Shown here in pieces: positions 56,259-64,000 of a stretch of 64,000 bases of DNA. A program made the translations under genes and the position numbers. Position 1 is the first letter of the stretch. Every line of letters begins with the position of its first letter. Origin of the DNA: Bacteroides sp. (lineage in GTDB: Bacteria > Bacteroidota > Bacteroidia > Bacteroidales > Muribaculaceae); the NCBI GenBank assembly GCA_023666905.1, contig JAMPBC010000001.1, forward strand, positions 593,542-657,541. Direction: 5' to 3'. Under the pieces are notes generated by a model, which saw nothing but the letters and a program-made list of their open reading frames with translations, did no database searches and was not told where the DNA came from.

Positions 56259-57440
56259 TTATTTTTCAGGAAGTTGAACTTCGACCCATTTGGGAGCTGC
56301 GGCTTTCTGGTCCCTGTCGTAAACGGTGCAGTTGTAGCCACTTGTGTAGTCCTGGATGAGGTTTCCGGCACCTTCGTTGAATTTCCAGTATGAAACGAGT
56401 CCTTCAGAGTCGGTTTCTACGTAATAGGGCTGGGAGGGTTCGGCGATTTCGGCATCGGTGAGGATGCGGTTCCAAACGCGCACTTCGCTTATGTTACCGT
56501 TGAGCCAACGGTTGGTGTTCCATGAGCGGCCAATGTAGAAGGGCTGGTCATGATTGGGATTAGCCCAGTTGACAACGGTTTGGTAACTTGAAACGCAGGT
56601 TGCTTTCTTAACGCCGTTGATGTACATGGTTGCTTCACCGGTCGATGACTTGAAGGTGAAGGTGATTGCCTGCCATTTCTTGGCTTCGAGTTTCCATGAG
56701 GCGTCAGTGGAGTTGCCGCGGTTGGTGGCAAGCTGAATTTGGTCAGCGGGCATGCCTGAGTCAGAGATACGGAGCAGGAAGTAGCCTTCAACACCAAGCA
56801 GAGTCTGAATGTTGGAGTCGGCACCACCGAACTCGTTGATGTAAACGAGGCACTGTGCGGTGAAGTCGGTAAGACCGTCAAGACCGGTGGCCTGCGAGGG
56901 TTCGTTGAGAGCGGCATAAAGTTCGGTCATGCCGGCAACCACGTTGATAAGCGCGGCACCGCGAACCACAATGTAGCGGGTGGTCATGCTGGGGAGCAAA
57001 GGAACGTTTGAAGTTCCCACGAGCGGAAGCACGTACACTTTATCACCTTCCACATCAAGGTCAAGCAAGCCTTTGATAACCACTTGAACTGCCGATGAAT
57101 TTACTTTACCGGGGTCAAAGATGGCTGTGGGTTGCTTAATCTCGAAGTTGGCTTCGGGAAGCGCAATTGCGTTCTGATTGTAAATGGTGTTGTAGGCCTC
57201 GACTTTGGAGAAGTCAGGTGCGTAGGTGACTTTTACTTCGGTGGCTGAGGGATTGGCCATTTCAACGGTGAACGACTGGGTTGCTTCATCGGCAAGACCG
57301 TCGACAAGCACAGTTGACGGGCTGAGAGCGCCATCATCGAACACACGGTTTTCAACGTCCTCGTAGTCGTCCTGACAAGCGGTGAAAGAACCCACTGCAA
57401 GCAGGGCTGCAAACGGAAGGATATATGATTTTAACTTCAT
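56259..57440 (-). CDS. PUL surface lipoprotein, DUF1735-like N-terminus plus concanavalin-A/LamG-like lectin domain (putative surface glycan-binding protein)
   Basis: Lipobox SFTACQDD. C-terminal region with a LamG-like pattern (ISEVRVWNRILTDAEI, WKFNEG). Confidence 0.5.
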   Translation of the reverse strand: MKLKSYILPFAALLAVGSFTACQDDYEDVENRVFDDGALSPSTVLVDGLADEATQSFTVEMANPSATEVKVTYAPDFSKVEAYNTIYNQNAIALPEANFEIKQPTAIFDPGKVNSSAVQVVIKGLLDLDVEGDKVYVLPLVGTSNVPLLPSMTTRYIVVRGAALINVVAGMTELYAALNEPSQATGLDGLTDFTAQCLVYINEFGGADSNIQTLLGVEGYFLLRISDSGMPADQIQLATNRGNSTDASWKLEAKKWQAITFTFKSSTGEATMYINGVKKATCVSSYQTVVNWANPNHDQPFYIGRSWNTNRWLNGNISEVRVWNRILTDAEIAEPSQPYYVETDSEGLVSYWKFNEGAGNLIQDYTSGYNCTVYDRDQKAAAPKWVEVQLPEK

Positions 57441-57472
57441 GATTTTAATCGAATGAATGTGTTGGAAAAATG

Positions 57473-58522
57473 TTATTTAGCGCTGGGGTTAACCAATTGG
57501 ATGAGATCGCGCACGGTTGTGTAGCCACCGTTGGTGAGGAAGTAGTCCTCGGCGGTGTGAGTTGTGCCGACTGCGCCAATTTTCTGTCCGGCGGCCCAAC
57601 GGCCCATGCCGATTACGGCATATTCACCGGTGGAGAACACTCCGAGCTTTTCAAAAGGAATGGAGGCGACCACACCGATTTTGCTTTCAGGCACGGCATT
57701 TCCGGCGGCAGTGAGAGCAATTGAGAACATGCTTGTGTTGGTGGCATCGAGAGATTCGCTCAGGAATACCATGCGGGCTTCACCGAGCAGTGCATGGTCA
57801 ATGTACTGCGGACGGCCGAGGATGTCGACGGCCACATCGGTGTGACGCTGGTGCCAATCGTAGATAATGCCAAGGAACAGATTCATTTCCTCTTTATAGG
57901 CTGTGATTTCATCGTCGGACATGTAGTTGTTCGCCTGACCTTTGAAACCTGCCATGAGGCAGTCGAAGCCAACGTTGTCGAAGTGCTGAAGCATGTTGCC
58001 GGTTTCCTCGGCAATGAAGCTGTGGCGGTTGGGGTCCTGAAGTTCGGCTGGAATTTCAGCATCCTCACCATTAGCCTCGGTGTAGGCAATACGCTTGGCT
58101 GCCATCTCCTCGCACACTGAAGTGTAGTCGGCAATGATTTGGTCAAGGTCAATGCAGTAGCTGAACTGCTGCCCCTTGTCGGTGCGGGCCTCGTACATTT
58201 CCTGAATCATCTGGTTGGTTACACTCTGAGGATTTTCAAGCACAATGATGTCGACCGAGTCGGGGATTGCGGAGATGCGGTGACCCTGTGAACCGAAAGC
58301 CGATTCAAGGTTCCCGAACCAGGTGTAGACTTTCTTGTGGTTGCGTGAGCGATATTCGCGCAGGTCAGCGAGATATTTCACGTAAGCCTCGGAATCGGCG
58401 TCGACAATGGTGCCGTAGTTGAGGTCAACGTGTTCAGGCTCAGTCCAGTCGTCGCACGCGGTGAAAGTAGTGCCAAGTGCGGCCACCATCAAAGCAGAGC
58501 TGATATATTTTGAAATTTTCAT
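57473..58522 (-). CDS. PUL surface lipoprotein, TIM-barrel/GH18-like fold suspected but no catalytic motif
   Basis: Lipobox FTACDDW. Segment HKKVYTWFGNLESAFGSQG...VDIIVLENP resembles a non-catalytic GH18-like scaffold. This is a tentative call. Confidence 0.4.
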   Translation of the reverse strand: MKISKYISSALMVAALGTTFTACDDWTEPEHVDLNYGTIVDADSEAYVKYLADLREYRSRNHKKVYTWFGNLESAFGSQGHRISAIPDSVDIIVLENPQSVTNQMIQEMYEARTDKGQQFSYCIDLDQIIADYTSVCEEMAAKRIAYTEANGEDAEIPAELQDPNRHSFIAEETGNMLQHFDNVGFDCLMAGFKGQANNYMSDDEITAYKEEMNLFLGIIYDWHQRHTDVAVDILGRPQYIDHALLGEARMVFLSESLDATNTSMFSIALTAAGNAVPESKIGVVASIPFEKLGVFSTGEYAVIGMGRWAAGQKIGAVGTTHTAEDYFLTNGGYTTVRDLIQLVNPSAK

Positions 58523-58555
58523 TTTATAAGTTTTGCTTTAAAGTAGACGAATAGA

Positions 58556-60169
58556 TTAGATGCCGGGTTTGGCAGCCCACCAAAGTTTGGTGGCGAGGTT
58601 GTCGGGACCGTTAAGGTATTCCGAAACGGCTTTCTGAACGTTGACAAGGTTGTCAGTGTACTCAGCCGAGGGATATGGCTGGCGTTGGGGGCCTTTGTTG
58701 ATGTCGACAACGTTCGAGCCGTTGAATGCCACGGGGATGAGTTTGGGATAGCCGGTGCGGCGCAGGTCGGCCCAAGCTTCGTTGCCAAGGGTGAAGTTGG
58801 CAATCCATTTTTGAACAATGATGCGTTCCTGCTTCTGTTCGGTGGTGGCTGATTCGTCCCACTTGATTGTTACCTGAGGCAGTGTGCCGTTCCAGGGGTT
58901 GATGCCTGAGGGATCATAGTAGGTGGCGGGAACAGACTTGTTGTCGGCGAGATATTTGTCAACATCGTCGGCTTTGCCGTTGTCCTCAAACGATAGGCGG
59001 ATACCCTTGTTGTAGAACTCTTCGGCAGTGCCACCCATGTTCCAACCGAACACGGCCACACCTTCGGCGCGAAGGAAGGCAACTTCAGAGGCATTTTGCC
59101 ACAGCAGCGGGTCGGTGCCAAGCACGTTGATGCCGGAGAAGTTTACTGACCATTCGGTTGAGAAGGTGTTCCAACCGCGGCGAATACCAACATATTCAAT
59201 GGGGTTGCCAGCGGGATCCTTCATGATGTTCTTGTCGTCATCGAGCCAGTTGGCTTTAGTGAAGTAAACTTCGCGACGGGGGTCGTTATATCCGTTCATG
59301 TAGCAGATAATGTCGGCAGCGGGACGTGAGTCCTGAGCGTTGTACATGATGGCGGTGCGCATGGGGTTGCCGCCGTTCACGTAGTTTTTCCAGGTAGCAT
59401 TGTCCTCGTTCGATTCAATTACACCACCGTTGGCGGGGTTCACGGCATCTTCAGCTTTCTGCTTTGCAAGGGTGGGATTTACGTATGAGAGACGCATTGC
59501 AAGGCGGAGCTGGAGCGAGTTGCAGAATTTAACCCATTTGGAGAGGTCGCCGGCATAAACTTTGTCGGCCAACGGGCTGATTTGCGATTCCAGATTGTTG
59601 AGAAGAGTGGTACGGGCGTCGGCAAGTTCTTCGAAGAACTTGTTGTAAACGGCTTCCTGTGAATCGTAAGGAGTTTTCACGGCGCCGTCTTCGCCAATCC
59701 CGGAGTAGGGGATGGGTCCGTAGCAGTCGGTGACGCGGTCCATGCAGGCCACCTTAATAATATTGGCCACAGCCATAGGGGTGATTTCACCGGAGTTTTC
59801 ACAAGCGGTTTCCACGAGTGAAATGTTGGTGTAAAGAGTGGAAATTATCTTGGAGTCCTTGAGGAACACCGAAGTCCAGTTGTCAGGAGCGTTGTTGCGC
59901 ACGAACGAGGTGGTGAAGTTGGCACCATCGGCAAAGTAGCCTCCGAGGGGGCCACCGAGCAAGCAGTCAGTGAACTGGTTGCAGTTAACGTCGGCGGGCA
60001 CCACGGCTCCGCAGATGTTGGTCATTGCTGAAACCAGAGCGTAGTCGTCGGCATCAAGGTTGCCGGGCTGGAACTGGTTGGCGTTGATCTCCTCGTAGTC
60101 GCCGGTACAGCCTACCGCAGCCACGGCAAGAGCACCACCGGCAAGGATGTTATAAAATATGTGTTTCAT
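58556..60169 (-). CDS. susD: SusD/RagB-family outer-membrane nutrient-binding lipoprotein
   Basis: 537 aa. Lipobox AVGCTGDYE, TPR-like helical SusD architecture. Directly downstream of SusC with a 21-nt gap. Confidence 0.85.
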   Translation of the reverse strand: MKHIFYNILAGGALAVAAVGCTGDYEEINANQFQPGNLDADDYALVSAMTNICGAVVPADVNCNQFTDCLLGGPLGGYFADGANFTTSFVRNNAPDNWTSVFLKDSKIISTLYTNISLVETACENSGEITPMAVANIIKVACMDRVTDCYGPIPYSGIGEDGAVKTPYDSQEAVYNKFFEELADARTTLLNNLESQISPLADKVYAGDLSKWVKFCNSLQLRLAMRLSYVNPTLAKQKAEDAVNPANGGVIESNEDNATWKNYVNGGNPMRTAIMYNAQDSRPAADIICYMNGYNDPRREVYFTKANWLDDDKNIMKDPAGNPIEYVGIRRGWNTFSTEWSVNFSGINVLGTDPLLWQNASEVAFLRAEGVAVFGWNMGGTAEEFYNKGIRLSFEDNGKADDVDKYLADNKSVPATYYDPSGINPWNGTLPQVTIKWDESATTEQKQERIIVQKWIANFTLGNEAWADLRRTGYPKLIPVAFNGSNVVDINKGPQRQPYPSAEYTDNLVNVQKAVSEYLNGPDNLATKLWWAAKPGI

Positions 60170-60190
60170 TGTTGTAATTCAATGTTAGCG

Positions 60191-63100
60191 TTAGAAGTTG
60201 AAGTTGACATTGAAACCGAAGCTGCGGAGTGAAGGCATCATGAAGTTGTCGATACCCTGGAAGTAGTTGCCGGCAGAAGCCACGGATTCGGGATCGTAGG
60301 GAGCTTTGTTGTAAATCATCCAAAGGTTGCGGCCTACGAGAGAAACTTTGATGTCGCACACATTTCCAATCCAACGACGGGGGATGAGGTAGCTGATGGT
60401 AGCTTCCTGGAGGCGAACGTTGGTAGCGGAGTAGGTGTAGAACTGGGGCACGGTTTCACCGTCGGCAATTACGCTGTACCACTGTTCGGGGTTCACGCGG
60501 TCGCCGTTGTTGAGCAGAACGTAGCCAAGGTCGCGGGCATTGCCGGTGGCTTCAGAAACGCCGTAGGTGTCGAGAACGGCCTGGGTGCGTGAGTAAACGA
60601 TACCGCCGATGCGGGCTGAGAACATTGCGCTTGCCGAGAGGTTCTTGTAGCGGAAGGTGTTGTTCCAGGCAAGGTTGCCTTTGGGAAGAACTGAACCGAG
60701 TTTGATGGGGTTCTCGGCCACAGACTTGGACTGAACGTTGCCGCTGGCGTCGATGAAGATGCGTCCGTTGGCGTCGCGGGCAAGGTCAACCATTGAGTAG
60801 AGGTCGCCCATTGTTCCGCCTTCGCGAAGAATGAAGCGGGTTGCACCTACCTGGGTGTCGGACATTACGAGCTGGTCGATGTTGAGTTTCTCACCGGTAA
60901 CGGGGTTAACGGCGTTGCGGCCGAGTTCAACAATTTTGTTTTTGTTGAAAGAGTAGGTGAGGCCTGTGGTCCAGGTGAAGTCGCCCCAAGTGTGGTCGTA
61001 GTTGAGGGCAAATTCCATACCCCAGTTGCGAACGTTACCTGTCTGGATGTAAATCTTGGAGTATTTACCGGTTGCAATTCCGGGGTTGAAGGTCTGGTTG
61101 TGGGTGTCGGCCTGATACCATGTTGCATCGAGGGTGAAGTCGTTGAACAGGCGGAAGTTCATACCAACTTCCCATGATTTGGTGCGTTCAGGTTTGAGGT
61201 CGTTGACGGGATACTGGGTGAGCACTGTCCATGTGCCGTTGCGCCATTCGTAGCGGGGATTGGCAATGTAGCGCTGGAAGGCGGTACCTACCGATGCCCA
61301 TGAAGCACGGATTTTCCAGAATGAAAGGATGTCAGGGTTGATGTTGATGCCTGCATCGGCAAACATTTGGGTCATAAGCACTGACACACCCACTGAGGGA
61401 TAGAAGAACGATGAACTCTTTGAGTTGGGGCCTGCGAGGGCTGAGGGCCAGTCGTTACGTCCGGTGAGGGTCAGATAGTAGGTGTTGCGGTAACCGAGGT
61501 CGGCACTTGCGTAGAGCGACTGGGTTTGTTCGCGCCATCCATCCTGAGTTTTTGAGGGCTGAGTTGTGATGTTGTTGATGGTGAAGAAGTTGGTCAAGCC
61601 GGGAGTTTGGCCGGGGTAGTTGGCGGAACCGTCGGCAATACCACCGCGAACATCCATTGATTCCATGCGCATGTCGGAGATTGATCCACCGAAGTTGGCC
61701 TGGAGGTTGAAGTCGGCACCAAGGTCCTTGTTGAACGAAGCAAGGAAGTCGGCGTAGATTTGTTTCTCTTTGTAGCGTGCAGTTCCGAAGTAGCCGCGTT
61801 CGGAGTTGTCCGAGAGGTTACCGATTGTCGAAGCGTAGCGCTTGTCGTCGGAAGTGGTGTAAGAGTTGTCGATGCGCACACGTCCGCTAAGAGTAAGGTA
61901 GGGGAGCACCTTATAAGAAAGTTGGCCGCCCATCATGTAGCGATCCTTGTAGCTTTCGCGGAGGTTGCGGTAGTTGACCCAGTAGGGGTTCTGAACGGTG
62001 AGGTTGTAAGCACCGTATTTCCAGTTCTGAACGTTGATTTTACGGGCGGGGTCGTAAACTTCGTACATGCGAACTTCGTCCCAGTCGTTACCGCGGGGGA
62101 AGAGGTATGCACCCACAATGGGGTTCATATAGCTACCCTGGTTGATCATGTTGCGGTCGCTCTGATAGATGTAGCTTGCGTTGAGGTCGAGGGTCAACTT
62201 GTCATCCATGAAGTTGGTGGTGTTGCGGATGTTGAAGTTGTAACGATCGTAGCGGTCGTTGGGCACGATACCTTTTGAGTTAACGGCGGCAGCCGAAGCG
62301 TAAGTCTGGTTCTTTTCAGTACCGGTTGAGAAAGTTACGCTGTTGGTGGCAACGAAACCGGTTCCGAGGTAATCGGAGCCTACGTCGTAGCCTGAATTAT
62401 TATAAGGTGTCATGCGGGCACCCCAGCTGTAGGATGAAGTTGGGTTGTAAGCACCGTTCTGACCTGCTCCGTAGGTGTTCTGGAAGCGGGGGAGAATCCA
62501 GGCGCGGTTCCATTCAAGGTTCGAGCCCACGGTGATTTTGGTTTTACCGGCCTGACCTTTCTTGGTGGTGATTACGATGGCACCATTGGCGGCATCGGAA
62601 CCATAAAGGGCGGCAGCGGCAGCACCGGTGAGGACTGACATTGATTCAATGTCGTCGGGGTTAAGGTCGGCAATAGGCTCGGTGGCACCGGCAGAACCGA
62701 AAGCACCGGAGTCGCCATTGGAGCGTGCAGGGCGCATGGGCATGCCGTCGACCACGTAGAGTGCATTGGATGACTGCATGATTGACTTGGTACCACGCAT
62801 AACCACCTTGGAGATACCGCCTGTACCGGATGAAGATGCGTTGATGTTCACACCGGCCACCTTACCGGCGAGAGAGTTAACAAAGTTGGCGTCCTTGTTG
62901 GTGGTAAGGGCGTCGCCTTTAATTTGCTGAACGTTGTAGGAAAGAGATTTCTGCTCACGTTTGATGCCGAGGGCTGTTACCACAACTTCGTCGAGGGTCT
63001 TGCTGTCCTCCTGCATTGTAACGGAGATGGGGCCTGCGCCTGTAACCTTGACGGATGTGGGTGCATAGCCGATGTAGCTGAAAGTGAGCACGTCGCCCGG

Positions 63101-63358
63101 ACGGGCTTTAACGGAGAAGCGGCCGTCGAAATCAGTGGAAGCAACGCTTCCCTTGCCTTCGATGCCTACCGTTACTCCAATGAGCGGTTCGCCTGACGGG
63201 TCGAGGACTTCACCGCTTACAGTGGTCGCATCGGCGCTTTGGGGCGCGGCTACGGCCGTTGATGCCAGAACTTGATTGCTCTGCGCGTATAGCATGGGGC
63301 CGCAAGCCATGGCGGCGCACAATGCTACAAACTTTGGTCTCATGAAATCTAAATTCAT
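60191..63358 (-). CDS. susC: SusC/RagA-family TonB-dependent outer-membrane transporter
   Basis: 1055 aa. Signal peptide, carboxypeptidase-D-like regulatory domain (VSGEVLDPSGEPLIGVTV), TonB plug and 22-strand barrel, C-terminal F residue. Confidence 0.9.
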   Translation of the reverse strand: MNLDFMRPKFVALCAAMACGPMLYAQSNQVLASTAVAAPQSADATTVSGEVLDPSGEPLIGVTVGIEGKGSVASTDFDGRFSVKARPGDVLTFSYIGYAPTSVKVTGAGPISVTMQEDSKTLDEVVVTALGIKREQKSLSYNVQQIKGDALTTNKDANFVNSLAGKVAGVNINASSSGTGGISKVVMRGTKSIMQSSNALYVVDGMPMRPARSNGDSGAFGSAGATEPIADLNPDDIESMSVLTGAAAAALYGSDAANGAIVITTKKGQAGKTKITVGSNLEWNRAWILPRFQNTYGAGQNGAYNPTSSYSWGARMTPYNNSGYDVGSDYLGTGFVATNSVTFSTGTEKNQTYASAAAVNSKGIVPNDRYDRYNFNIRNTTNFMDDKLTLDLNASYIYQSDRNMINQGSYMNPIVGAYLFPRGNDWDEVRMYEVYDPARKINVQNWKYGAYNLTVQNPYWVNYRNLRESYKDRYMMGGQLSYKVLPYLTLSGRVRIDNSYTTSDDKRYASTIGNLSDNSERGYFGTARYKEKQIYADFLASFNKDLGADFNLQANFGGSISDMRMESMDVRGGIADGSANYPGQTPGLTNFFTINNITTQPSKTQDGWREQTQSLYASADLGYRNTYYLTLTGRNDWPSALAGPNSKSSSFFYPSVGVSVLMTQMFADAGININPDILSFWKIRASWASVGTAFQRYIANPRYEWRNGTWTVLTQYPVNDLKPERTKSWEVGMNFRLFNDFTLDATWYQADTHNQTFNPGIATGKYSKIYIQTGNVRNWGMEFALNYDHTWGDFTWTTGLTYSFNKNKIVELGRNAVNPVTGEKLNIDQLVMSDTQVGATRFILREGGTMGDLYSMVDLARDANGRIFIDASGNVQSKSVAENPIKLGSVLPKGNLAWNNTFRYKNLSASAMFSARIGGIVYSRTQAVLDTYGVSEATGNARDLGYVLLNNGDRVNPEQWYSVIADGETVPQFYTYSATNVRLQEATISYLIPRRWIGNVCDIKVSLVGRNLWMIYNKAPYDPESVASAGNYFQGIDNFMMPSLRSFGFNVNFNF

Positions 63359-63843
63359 ATGATCATGGCACTGGTTAGTGAATAAAAAATGGTTATATAA
63401 AATTGAAATTTTGTCAGACAGTTTTCATGATTTTCACTGCGGATTGCCAATGGCCACGGGCAAACCATGAGACGAGGGGAGTGTGCTGGGTTTCATTAAA
63501 TTAAATAGTTTAATTTTTGGTTAAATTTTAAGGATTTTGGTTAACTTTTTTTCGCTTGCGCGGGGTACTTTCAGTACTGAAGAAGCATGGCATCAGTGCA
63601 TAATGTGTGCTTCGGATGTGTGTTGCGGTTACAACATGGGAGAAAGGTTTTACAAAAATATTACAAAAGACTTGGTAAACAATAATTAGCATTGTTAAGT
63701 TTTCTTAATACCGTGTTTAAATAATGTGTAAAAATGTTAACAGCGAAGGGGCGCGCGTGTTGAACGGTCAAAGGTTATCTGCAGAACTGCAGCCAAAGGG
63801 CGGATTAGTGTGCCGTATGGGGGAGGGTTAACAAAAAATTGTT

Positions 63844-63851
63844 TACCTTTG
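63844..63851 (+). promoter_or_regulatory. Candidate -7 box TACCTTTG for purB
   Basis: TAnnTTTG match 34 nt upstream of ATG 63885. Confidence 0.35.
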
Positions 63852-63866
63852 TGGCTTGAAACCTAA

Positions 63867-64000
<134 letters not shown>

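Noticed and set aside
60493-62796. Several Thr/Pro/Ser/Ala-rich minus- and plus-frame ORFs inside susC
   Set aside because: These are out-of-frame or antisense artefacts of the 1055-aa SusC gene.

Overview
This 64 kb window looks like chromosomal DNA from a Bacteroidales (phylum Bacteroidota) bacterium. Most genes are on the minus strand and belong to core metabolism or housekeeping. I found no transposase, integrase, tRNA, rRNA or CRISPR array, and no recognisable defence system.

In order along the window: the cydA C-terminus and cydB (cytochrome bd oxidase); a secreted GH92 alpha-mannosidase; an M48 peptidase; a WG-repeat protein; a sigma-54 activator; L-asparaginase; metG; a COG0523 GTPase with a very long poly-His tract; a Y-family DNA polymerase; pdxB; purD; a THUMP RNA methyltransferase with a basic disordered tail; a T9SS-sorted secreted protein (so the organism has a type IX secretion system and is not genus Bacteroides); and a GH33 sialidase. 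Next comes the yceD-rpmF-fabH-era-der cluster. The frdCAB/sdhCAB operon follows, where FrdC carries an unusual hydrophilic C-terminal extension of about 160 aa. Then come recO; a lone neuC-like UDP-GlcNAc 2-epimerase; a LytS/LytTR two-component system directly upstream of a glsA/glsB-like N-acyl amino-acid (glycine-lipid/flavolipin type) lipid pair; a DUF4199-like membrane protein with a GtrB-like polyprenyl-phosphate GT2, a lipoprotein, an outer-membrane protein and an SDR; rpiB; cysK-cysE; a CoA-transferase translationally coupled to a DUF115/MptE-like protein; sdaA; an M16 peptidase; rpmB-rpmG plus a small DUF4295-like ORF absent from the ORF track; Fur-family regulator-NUDIX-priA; and a SusC/SusD polysaccharide utilisation locus with a GH18 endo-beta-N-acetylglucosaminidase (EndoH-like DGVxxDDEY motif), i.e. 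an N-glycan-type locus, ending with the purB start at the window edge.

The most notable non-coding signal is an apparent stand-alone transcription unit of about 210 nt between metG and the COG0523 gene. It has a strong Bacteroidetes -33/-7 promoter and an intrinsic terminator but no plausible ORF, so it is a candidate small RNA. None of these leads amounts to a complete undescribed system. Several are partly characterised families; the sRNA candidate, the FrdC extension and the Gtr-like module after the lipid genes are the best leads.
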